DNA of 45,745 nt, taken from NCBI GenBank assembly GCA_902462015.1, contig CABPZV010000002.1:1-45745 (forward strand). The letters are read 5' to 3'. A program made the position numbers and the translations under genes. The first letter of the stretch is position 1; every line of letters begins with the position of its first letter. Shown one piece after another: positions 37,227-45,688 of this stretch. Under the pieces are notes generated by a model. The model did no database searches and was not told the origin of the DNA. It saw only the letters and a program-made list of their open reading frames with translations. The DNA comes from an uncultured Eubacteriales bacterium (GTDB lineage Bacteria; Bacillota; Clostridia; Oscillospirales; CAG-272).

Positions 37227-39473
37227 TTAAAGTTCAGGACGCCAGTTAGCATACAAGACCATATTGTAATCGGGCACAATAGTTAATATATTAATCTTTT
37301 GTCCCTTTCCATTCGGAAGCGTATACCAGCCGTCAAAATATTTCTCTTCTTCGCAGCAGCATACCTCAGGCAAACGTCCGAAAATTTCACCGACATCACA
37401 ATAAATTAAAGAGTTTCCTATCAAACACCCTCCGCAAGGATTAAATAATACCCTTACCATCCAATGAGCATACAACACTACAGTATTCTCGGGAACAATT
37501 GAAAGTGCTTTAACAGAATACCCTTCAGAATCAGAAGAGGTATACCAACCTTTAAAGGTACATCCATCGCGAATAGGAATATTATCATTAAGAACAGAAC
37601 CATATTTTTCATTTGTAGGGCAATATACAGTTATAGCATTCCCTGAGTAATTATCGCAAAATATAACCGCTGTAACTTTTGTCCAATGCGCATAAAGAGA
37701 ATGATCTGAATTAGAACACAATGTTTCTGTTGTAACCTGATTTCCTCCTGATTGTTCAGTAAACCAGCCGTCGAAGCGATAACCACTTCTCTCCATAGAA
37801 GAAGGCAAAGCTTCTCCGTATGCTTCTCCATCATAAGCGTTAAATGTATTAAAAGTGCTTGTATCTGAATCAGAAAAATTGCGTTTCAAAGTCACCTGAA
37901 CAATGCGAGTCCAATGACCATACAATGTTAAATTTTTGACAGCAGGAACAATTGTACCATTAAAGTATCTCGTTCCTCCAACTACGGCGGTATACCATCC
38001 GTCAAACCTGTATCCATCGCAACCAGCAGGCAGCAAAGAAATTTCTCCTCCTACAGGAAATTTCAAAGTTATAGGCTCTTCATCATCAGAAGTGCTTGAA
38101 TTTTTTATATAGGTTACAGCCGCAACTCGAGTCCAATGAGCATATAAATAAAGTGTATCTTCATTTGGAACAATTGTTTCTGAAGTATATTTAGTTCCTC
38201 CACTTCTACTCGTATACCAACCCTCAAATGTATAATATGCATCTTCAGTTTCAAAATCTATATATTCGAACTTGGACATATCTCCAATTGGTTGTCCTTC
38301 ATAACATGTCGTGGTATTAAAATTTATTACATCTTCAGCTGTACGGTTTCTAACAAAGATCACATTGACCTTATGTTTCCACCGCGCATATAAAGGATGG
38401 CCATATGTCTTTATGGTTGAATCTGCCGTATGCTGTGTTCCACCTACACGGTCAGTATACCAACCGTCAAACTCATAATTGCTTCTCGTCCATTCCAAAT
38501 CGCTTGGGTTCAGTAAACTGTTTCCATATTTTTGGTTTGCATAATGCTGTACTACTTTACATGTTGTATCTTTATCTGAGTAATTTCTATAGTAAGTAAT
38601 ATTTACAACCAAAATCCATTGTGCATATAGCGGGTAATTAATTGCAGGTACAATGGTATCTAATGTATGTTGTGTTCCGCCCTCTCTGTCAGTATACCAA
38701 CCAGCAAATACAAAATCTTCTCTATCTGGAGGTATATAAAAAGTTACTCCATTATCCCTATAACTTTTGCCAGCCTCTAATTCCTTTGTATCCAACTGTT
38801 CAGTATCACTTACAGAATAATTTCTGTAAAATTTTACCGTATACTTAATTGGTACATTTCCACCTGACGAGCTTTTGGGTGCTTTGATAATATATTCTGA
38901 TGTAGTAGAAATAAGTGTTTCTTCATTAGTTATACTTCCATTGTAACCTCCCCAAGAAATCATACATCTTTTTGATACGTTTTGAGGATTCCCCCATACT
39001 TCGGCAAAAGTAACAATATTTTTTCCAGTTGTAGAATCTGTAGTTACTGTATGGACAATAGCACTATGACCATTTTTTCTAATTATATCGCCCGGTGACA
39101 AATGAATTCCAACAGCATGATTTTGCGTATAATAAATCCAACCATTTGCATCTGTATACCCATTATAATCAGCACCATAATAATAATCTTGAGGGTAAGA
39201 GTTAAAAACTCGATACGCCATATATAATGCAAAACCAGCACATTGTATACTACTTTTAAAACAATTACAGCCACATGCACCCTTTAAATAATAATTGCAA
39301 TTATCATCTGGATGATGTGTACAGGGTATATCTCTAACCGAATCAGGATGGTTAATGCCGTTATTTATATCTTCTGCCGATGCAAGATCATTTGGATCAT
39401 GATTCCAGAACTTTCCATGAGCAAAAGTGTTTTTTAATAGGTTTAGCTTTTGAGTTACTTCTATGTCAGTCAT
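37227..39473 (-). CDS. leaderless papain-fold (CHAP/NlpC-P60-like) hydrolase domain plus 7 tandem Listeria-Bacteroides (InlB B-type) repeats
   Basis: 748 aa, RBS AAGGAG. The N-terminal ~200 aa are Cys-rich, with candidate catalytic SIQC(78)AGFALY and GDIIRKNGH(136)SAIVH. Seven ~75-aa repeats cover aa 210-748 (nt 37230-38846), each ending F.GWYT...GG(T/N)....TIVP....LYA(H/Q/R)W. Confidence 0.55.
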   Translation of the reverse strand: MTDIEVTQKLNLLKNTFAHGKFWNHDPNDLASAEDINNGINHPDSVRDIPCTHHPDDNCNYYLKGACGCNCFKSSIQCAGFALYMAYRVFNSYPQDYYYGADYNGYTDANGWIYYTQNHAVGIHLSPGDIIRKNGHSAIVHTVTTDSTTGKNIVTFAEVWGNPQNVSKRCMISWGGYNGSITNEETLISTTSEYIIKAPKSSSGGNVPIKYTVKFYRNYSVSDTEQLDTKELEAGKSYRDNGVTFYIPPDREDFVFAGWYTDREGGTQHTLDTIVPAINYPLYAQWILVVNITYYRNYSDKDTTCKVVQHYANQKYGNSLLNPSDLEWTRSNYEFDGWYTDRVGGTQHTADSTIKTYGHPLYARWKHKVNVIFVRNRTAEDVINFNTTTCYEGQPIGDMSKFEYIDFETEDAYYTFEGWYTSRSGGTKYTSETIVPNEDTLYLYAHWTRVAAVTYIKNSSTSDDEEPITLKFPVGGEISLLPAGCDGYRFDGWYTAVVGGTRYFNGTIVPAVKNLTLYGHWTRIVQVTLKRNFSDSDTSTFNTFNAYDGEAYGEALPSSMERSGYRFDGWFTEQSGGNQVTTETLCSNSDHSLYAHWTKVTAVIFCDNYSGNAITVYCPTNEKYGSVLNDNIPIRDGCTFKGWYTSSDSEGYSVKALSIVPENTVVLYAHWMVRVLFNPCGGCLIGNSLIYCDVGEIFGRLPEVCCCEEEKYFDGWYTLPNGKGQKINILTIVPDYNMVLYANWRPEL

Positions 39474-39553
39474 TTTTTTCTCCTTATATTTATTTTGAAT
39501 GCATTCATAAAAATAAAGAAGAAAATAAAATGATTATTGTCAATACTATTATA

Positions 39554-40789
39554 TTATTTTGCCACTTCGTATTTTTGTGCTTGACGTGAAAGATATTCAT
39601 TAACTTCATCTTCTGACTTTAAATCAAGTAAAGAACCAATATACGTTACATCAAATCCACGCTCTTTTGCTGTTAATGACTTTACAGGATTGTATATAAT
39701 TTTCCCATCTTCTATTTTAACATAACCTTCTTCGTATGCAAACTCATCAAGCCCGGTCCAATAAGGATAAAAATCTGGTGTTCCTCCATAAGAACTATAT
39801 TTACGTGGAATACGAGTATAATTCAAAGAACCATCATCACCCTTTATAAATTTAACGACAGAATAATTATACCATTCTTCATTTTGGATTTTCCCATCGT
39901 TTGGATTCGGATCAATTATTTCAATATTTATAATACTATCTTTCGCAAAAATCCATGTGTCTCCAAAACCATAAATATTTGTATTAGAAAACACTATTCC
40001 TTCAGTAGTTTCATATGCTTCATTGCTTTTAGAGTTGTTAACACCATTAATATATGTGTCAAAATAAGGCTCATCAAAAAGCTTTTGTTGACTGTTCGCA
40101 CTGAAAGCTTTACAATACAAATAATATTTTCTTCCTAATATATCGTCTGAATTTGCATATTTTCTTTCTATTTCCGCCATCATACCGCCAGAAACGAGAT
40201 TAGCTTCTCCTTCTCCATCTATATTATCAGAAATTACGTCAAAAAAAACGTCAAACATATCATAATCATCCTTGATAATGTTTGGCATGCAAAAAAATAA
40301 AGTATCGTCACTCTTTAAAAGAACACCATCTACAAATTTGAAATATGTATTCTCTTCCGGAACTTCAATACTTTCAAGAGCACTCAAGCTTACAAAAGCC
40401 TGCGTATCAATATTTTCAACTGACTTTCCAAGTTTTATTGTTTTTATTTTGTCAGCAACTGAACTTGCTCCAAATGCGTCTGCCGAAATCGTTACCACCT
40501 CATCAGGGATTGAAACACTCTCCGCTGTTCCGTTATACGCAGTTAAAATTCTTTCATCAGATATTATAAACTCAGATAACGGTAATTCTTGCGTTTCGCT
40601 CTCAATTTCAGAAGTTTGTATACTAGTATTTACTTTAGTATCTGATGTAATGTCATCATTAAATACCGGTTTTTCAGAAGCATTACAGGACGAAAAAGTT
40701 ACACATAGCATAGCTACAAGACAACAATTGCTTATAATTTTATTTCGGTTTAATAATATAGTATTTTTTTTATTTTCATTGCCGCACAT
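39554..40789 (-). CDS. lipoprotein, paralog 1: BspA-type LRR segment plus a conserved uncharacterised C-terminal domain
   Basis: 411 aa, RBS AGGAG. Signal peptide with lipobox-like LCVTFSSC. LRR_5-like segment VSIPDEVVTISADAFG...IKTIKLGKSVENIDTQAFVSLSALESIEVP. The C-terminal ~250 aa is shared with the two upstream paralogs. Confidence 0.6.
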   Translation of the reverse strand: MCGNENKKNTILLNRNKIISNCCLVAMLCVTFSSCNASEKPVFNDDITSDTKVNTSIQTSEIESETQELPLSEFIISDERILTAYNGTAESVSIPDEVVTISADAFGASSVADKIKTIKLGKSVENIDTQAFVSLSALESIEVPEENTYFKFVDGVLLKSDDTLFFCMPNIIKDDYDMFDVFFDVISDNIDGEGEANLVSGGMMAEIERKYANSDDILGRKYYLYCKAFSANSQQKLFDEPYFDTYINGVNNSKSNEAYETTEGIVFSNTNIYGFGDTWIFAKDSIINIEIIDPNPNDGKIQNEEWYNYSVVKFIKGDDGSLNYTRIPRKYSSYGGTPDFYPYWTGLDEFAYEEGYVKIEDGKIIYNPVKSLTAKERGFDVTYIGSLLDLKSEDEVNEYLSRQAQKYEVAK

Positions 40790-41186
40790 TATCTTCTACT
40801 CCTATTCATATTTAATTATATCGGTTATATATTACCATTTATGGAAAGAAGTGTCAATACTTTCCATAGCCATTTATAAAATATTAGGTATCTTATAAAT
40901 AAAAAAAATAAAATTAAATCTACTTTTTAATATTTATATATACAAATATATTATTAATATTTTATTATTCGCAGATATTTTATGTTAATAAATCAACATT
41001 AAAACAAAATGTTGTTATCATAATATATATTAATGACAACAACATTATATGCAAGTTTATGAAGTTATGTTAAAGAACTTATGTTAAATATATAAGATAT
41101 ATTTCAAAATCACATTTTGAATGATTTTATAAATTGAACGAGCAATAAAAAACTTATACTGTACTAATAGTTAGAATAAAACACAT

Positions 41187-42440
41187 TTATTTTGCAGATT
41201 CGTATATTTCAGCATTATGAGCAAGAAAGTCATCTACTGTAGGAAAGTCATCTCTATAGAACGTATCGTAATATCCTTTAATATCTTCAATTAAATTAGG
41301 ATTACTATTAGCGGTATACCGCGATTCAGGATAATAAATTATCTGGCCGTTTTCAATTCTTACATTTCCAGTTTCACTTGCAAATTCATCAAATCCTGTA
41401 GAAAACAAAGCATATTGACAAGTACCAGGAATTCTACCATATTTTCGTGGATGCCTGTAATACTTGAGATCTCCATTATCACTACAGAAAAATCTTATAA
41501 TAGAATAATTATACCATTCTACATCTCCTATCTTCCCGTCTTGCGGTAATGGATCAATAATTTCTATTTCCACAATTTGTTCATTTGTTATTACCCATGT
41601 TTTACCAAATCCATATCTGCTAGTATTAGCAAATACTACACCTGCTGATGTATCATAAATTTTATTTCTTTTATACCAATAATGATTATCATTTTTATAT
41701 TTATATGTATCACATACAGGTTCATCAAATAATAGTTCTTGCCCATTTGCATAGATAGAATTACAATAAAGATTATACTTTCTTTCTAAAATATCATCAG
41801 ATTGTGCATACTCATATTTAATATTAGCTATAATATCTCCTGATACTAACTGAGCTATCCCCGTTCCATCTATTTTATAAGATATAATGTCATCGAAAAC
41901 ATCAAACATATCGTAATCATCTCTAATAATATTTGGTACACAAAAAAATATCGAAAAATCATTCTTTATAAGAACCCCATCTGATGATTGAAAATAAGGA
42001 TTATTTCTTGAAACTTTAATATCTTCCAAAGCCGTTAAACTTAGAAATGCTTGCGCATCAACATTTTGAACTGATTTTCCAAGTATAACTTTCTTAATAT
42101 TATTGGCCTCGGGACTTACTCCGAAAGCATCAGCCCCAATTGAGGTCACAACATCGGGAATTTCCACTATTGTATCTGTACCCATATATTTAGTTAAAAT
42201 TCCAGCTTCTGATATATCAAAATCAGGATTTTGATTATCAATAACCAAGGCTGCCTCATTGTTTATTATAGTATCACTATTATTCCCAGTTATATCATTT
42301 ACTCCAGGCAAATACGAGTTTTGAGAATCACTTTTATGGGTTAATAACAATGTAATTCCAATAATAAGAAATACAATTACTATACATAAAGTTATTATAA
42401 CATTACGGGTTTTAACTATTCTTTTATCATTATAATCCAT
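41187..42440 (-). CDS. membrane-anchored paralog 2 (LRR segment plus conserved uncharacterised domain)
   Basis: The likely start ATG at 42440 (MDYNDKR...) follows RBS GGAAAGG; the track ORF starts at an upstream TTG (42458). N-terminal TM VIITLCIVIVFLIIGITLLL. Same architecture as 39554-40789. Confidence 0.6.
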   Translation of the reverse strand: MDYNDKRIVKTRNVIITLCIVIVFLIIGITLLLTHKSDSQNSYLPGVNDITGNNSDTIINNEAALVIDNQNPDFDISEAGILTKYMGTDTIVEIPDVVTSIGADAFGVSPEANNIKKVILGKSVQNVDAQAFLSLTALEDIKVSRNNPYFQSSDGVLIKNDFSIFFCVPNIIRDDYDMFDVFDDIISYKIDGTGIAQLVSGDIIANIKYEYAQSDDILERKYNLYCNSIYANGQELLFDEPVCDTYKYKNDNHYWYKRNKIYDTSAGVVFANTSRYGFGKTWVITNEQIVEIEIIDPLPQDGKIGDVEWYNYSIIRFFCSDNGDLKYYRHPRKYGRIPGTCQYALFSTGFDEFASETGNVRIENGQIIYYPESRYTANSNPNLIEDIKGYYDTFYRDDFPTVDDFLAHNAEIYESAK

Positions 42441-42508
42441 ATCATATTTCCTTTCCAAATTTTATGATAAATTTTTTTACTTATAGCAAAAAATATTTAT
42501 CATATTAG

Positions 42509-43789
42509 TCATTTTGCAGACTCGTATATTTCAGCATTATGAGCAAGAAACTCTTCAAGCGTTTTTTCACCGAATCCCTGAGCATCATTATAATTATATA
42601 AATAGAAAACATCTTGCAAATATCCGCTAATAGGATCTTCTTTTACAGTCCAAACTCTATTAGGAGAATAAATAATTTCTCCATTTTCAATTTTTACATT
42701 ACCCGTTTCACCTGCAAATTCATCGAATCCAGTACAACGATAAGGATTAACAATAGTTCCCCCCGTAATCGTAAATTTATATGGCCTACGTAAATATTTC
42801 AGAGAGCCATCTTTTCCACGACGAAAATTTATTACTGAATAATTATAATCAGCATCGCTCATATTAGTAAAATAATTCTCTACTTCAATTTTTGCATGAG
42901 CAATTGAATCTTCTGTTAATATCCACACATCTCCGAACCCTTCATAAACCGTGTTAGAAAGAACAACTCCTTGATTTGTTTCAAAAACCCGACAAGATTT
43001 AGAATTATTAACACCATATATATATGCTAATGGTTCATTAAAATCAAGTTTTTGACCATTGGCATAAAAGGAGTTGCAAAAAATGTTATATTTCATGTCA
43101 AGTGAATCTTTTATTTCCTTTTCTGCTTCTAATACATTTACATTAGCAATCATTCCGCCTAATATAATTTGTTTTGTTCCATAAGCATCTTCATTATCTG
43201 AAATTGCATCATAAAATACATCGAACATATCATAATCATAACTATATTTGATAATACTCGGCATACAGAAAAATACTGAATTATCTGTTTTAATCAGTAC
43301 ACCGTCTCCAGATGTATAAGTACTATTTTCTTCAGGTACTTCCACATTTTCAAGCTTAGTAAGACTAACAAACGCCTGTACATCAATGTCTTCAACCGAT
43401 TTTCCAAGCTTTACAGTTTTAATTTCATCCGCATATGGACTTGTGCCGAATGCATCCTCACCAATAGAAATTACATTGTCAGGAATTACGACGGTTTCGT
43501 CGTCTCCATTGTATGCTGTCAAAACACCAGCTTCTGATATTTCAAATTCGGGTTTCGGAGCTTCGGTTTCTGCTTCCGTCTCATTGTCTTGTGACTGATC
43601 CGAATTGCTTTCCGACTCCGTTGTATCGGTACCGGTAATAGCAGCCCCGTCAGAATTCCGAAAATGCATTACTAATACAGTCGCCACAACGATACAAATA
43701 GCTGCCACTATACAGCAACATACGGCGATTCTGCCGTTTTTCTTAGGATTATTTTCCTTTGCTTGCATTTCTACACTGTTGTTATCCAT
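42509..43789 (-). CDS. membrane-anchored paralog 3 (LRR segment plus conserved uncharacterised domain)
   Basis: The likely start ATG at 43789 (MDNNSVE...) follows RBS GAGAAAGGA; the track ORF begins 18 nt upstream (43807) with no RBS. N-terminal TM IAVCCCIVAAICIVVATVLV, then an acidic Ser/Thr/Glu linker. Same architecture. Confidence 0.6.
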   Translation of the reverse strand: MDNNSVEMQAKENNPKKNGRIAVCCCIVAAICIVVATVLVMHFRNSDGAAITGTDTTESESNSDQSQDNETEAETEAPKPEFEISEAGVLTAYNGDDETVVIPDNVISIGEDAFGTSPYADEIKTVKLGKSVEDIDVQAFVSLTKLENVEVPEENSTYTSGDGVLIKTDNSVFFCMPSIIKYSYDYDMFDVFYDAISDNEDAYGTKQIILGGMIANVNVLEAEKEIKDSLDMKYNIFCNSFYANGQKLDFNEPLAYIYGVNNSKSCRVFETNQGVVLSNTVYEGFGDVWILTEDSIAHAKIEVENYFTNMSDADYNYSVINFRRGKDGSLKYLRRPYKFTITGGTIVNPYRCTGFDEFAGETGNVKIENGEIIYSPNRVWTVKEDPISGYLQDVFYLYNYNDAQGFGEKTLEEFLAHNAEIYESAK

Positions 43790-44004
43790 AATATTTTCCT
43801 TTCTCATATAAATAATTTAGCAGATTTTTTCTGTAAATTTATTTTATCACATTATTTAATAAATTTCAATAGATTTTTATAAAAAAGTAAAAACAAGTAT
43901 ATTTTTGTAAAATCAAATCAAAGTTAGTAAATAAATACTGAATCAGTAAATAGTTTTTAAACAGCAAGCGAGCAATAACAACGAGATGCCGAGTGAAAGA
44001 AATA

Positions 44005-44046
44005 TAAATTCAGTTCAAAATCCGGAGCTGTATAAAAATCATACAG
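44005..44046 (-). terminator. rho-independent terminator of the ABC transporter operon
   Basis: 15-bp perfect stem AATCCGGAGCTGTAT (44009-44023) / ATACAGCTCCGGATT (44031-44045). On the minus strand it is followed by TTTTG. Confidence 0.8.
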
Positions 44047-44064
44047 CTCCGGATTATTTAAATA

Positions 44065-44841
44065 TTAAATTGAATAACCGCGTAAAAACGACTTTAGTCT
44101 GGGACCTGAATTACCAAAAACCTCCTCAGGAGTTCCCGATTCAGAGATAACTCCTCCATCCATAAACAAAACTCTGCTTGCAATCTCGCGCGCAAAAGCC
44201 ATTTCATGAGTGACAATAATCATAGTCATATTATCTTCCGCAAGCGACCTCATAACTGACAAAACTTCTCCTGTAAGCTCAGGGTCAAGCGCAGACGTCG
44301 GTTCGTCAAAGAGAATTATTTCCGGATTCATCATCATGGCTCTTGCAATGGCGACCCTTTGTTTCTGTCCTCCGGAAAGTGACATGGGCAGAGCATCGAG
44401 TTTATCAGACAATCCGACTCTGTCAAGAAGATATTTTGCCTTTTCAACCGCTTCCTCTTTAGAATACAATTTTGCGAGAACGGGAGGCATTGTCAGATTT
44501 TTCCGTACAGACATATGCGAAAAAAGATTAAACTGCTGAAAAACCATTCCCATTCTGCGGCAAATCTCTTTTTCCTGTTTTTCACGAACGTAGACTCCGT
44601 TTTTCACGAAAGCTCTACCGTCGATATAGATACTCCCGGCAGATATTCTTTCAAGTCCGATCAGACATCGCAGCATTGTACTTTTCCCGGAGCCGGATGG
44701 ACCTATAACGGCTATAACCTCCCCAGGAATAACATCGAGATCAATACCTTTTAAAACTTCGTTATCGCCGAATCTTTTCTGAATTCCGTCCGCGTGAATC
44801 ATAATATTATCATAAGAATTATTTTCTGTTATCCCATCCAT
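44065..44841 (-). CDS. polar amino-acid ABC transporter ATP-binding protein
   Basis: 258 aa. Walker [10 protein letters not shown], signature [14 protein letters not shown], Walker [13 protein letters not shown]-loop VTHEM. Confidence 0.9.
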   Translation of the reverse strand: MDGITENNSYDNIMIHADGIQKRFGDNEVLKGIDLDVIPGEVIAVIGPSGSGKSTMLRCLIGLERISAGSIYIDGRAFVKNGVYVREKQEKEICRRMGMVFQQFNLFSHMSVRKNLTMPPVLAKLYSKEEAVEKAKYLLDRVGLSDKLDALPMSLSGGQKQRVAIARAMMMNPEIILFDEPTSALDPELTGEVLSVMRSLAEDNMTMIIVTHEMAFAREIASRVLFMDGGVISESGTPEEVFGNSGPRLKSFLRGYSI

Positions 44842-45037
44842 AAAATATGCTTGTTCCTTTCCTGCGCCACCGCAAACAGCCCGTTTAAAATCCTAAAGCT
44901 TGTTTTCAATATTTCGGTTTTGCGCATTGCGACCTTCCCGAAAAATTAACCGGACACATTAAAAGTCACAATAAATTTGCGTGGCAGCCTAAATTTAGTT
45001 TTATCTTTGTCAATATAAGACACAAACGACTTTACCG

Positions 45038-45688
45038 TCAAAACATAAAACGCCGTTCAAGATATGCAAAAAATTTAGTTAGGCCGTATGTCATTAAGAG
45101 ATATATAACCGCTGCAATTATGTAAGGAGTTACATCTACGTAATGATTTACCATAGACTTAGTATAATGAAGAAGATCCGCTATACCGATCGATGTGACA
45201 AGCGCAGTATCCTTTATAAGTGTAATCGCCTCATTACTAACAGACGGAAGCACAACCTTAAACATTTGCGGCATTACAACGTGAATACGCGTCTGAAACC
45301 TTGAAAAGCCTAAAACAGAAGCTGCTTCATACTGGCCTATGTCAATTGAAAGCAAACCACCGCGGAATATCTCTGCAAGGTATGCCGAGTAATTGAGAAT
45401 AAAGGTTAGCACCGCCGCACTAAATCTTCCCAATACAAGGTATTTTCCTACTACAGGAATTGAAGGAAGCCCATAGTAAAAGAAAAACAGCTGAAGCATA
45501 AGCGGGGTACCCCGCATAACAAATACAAAGCCGCGCATAATGGCACGCATGATACGGTTTTTTCCTGTTATTATAAAACTTATTATAAGTCCCAGCGGCA
45601 CAGCAGCTATAATCGTTATAAAAAATAGCGAAACTGTACAGCCAAGACCCTTGCACAATACCTTCGTTACAGATAGAATAAACTCCAT
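45038..45688 (-). CDS. amino-acid ABC transporter permease (HisM/GlnP family)
   Basis: 216 aa, multi-TM, with the EAA-type loop EAASVLGFSRFQTRIHVVMPQ typical of polar amino-acid permeases. Confidence 0.85.
   Translation of the reverse strand: MEFILSVTKVLCKGLGCTVSLFFITIIAAVPLGLIISFIITGKNRIMRAIMRGFVFVMRGTPLMLQLFFFYYGLPSIPVVGKYLVLGRFSAAVLTFILNYSAYLAEIFRGGLLSIDIGQYEAASVLGFSRFQTRIHVVMPQMFKVVLPSVSNEAITLIKDTALVTSIGIADLLHYTKSMVNHYVDVTPYIIAAVIYLLMTYGLTKFFAYLERRFMF

Noticed and set aside
37230-38846. Periodic ~225-240-nt DNA repetition, considered as a possible CRISPR or tandem-repeat array
   Set aside because: The period matches the seven ~75-aa protein repeats of one continuous ORF. The repeats are diverged at nucleotide level, and there is no short direct repeat plus spacer structure.
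40272-40898. 208-aa + strand ORF across the paralog 1 gene
   Set aside because: It is entirely antisense to a well-supported minus-strand CDS with an RBS and conserved paralogs. Its composition is low-complexity Ser/Phe/Ile-rich, typical of antisense frames in A+T-rich DNA. It has no RBS.
36007-44064. Calling the accessory island a mobile element or prophage remnant
   Set aside because: I saw no integrase, transposase, recombinase, tRNA attachment site, flanking direct repeats or phage structural genes. Only the compositional shift and insertion between conserved genes suggest horizontal origin.
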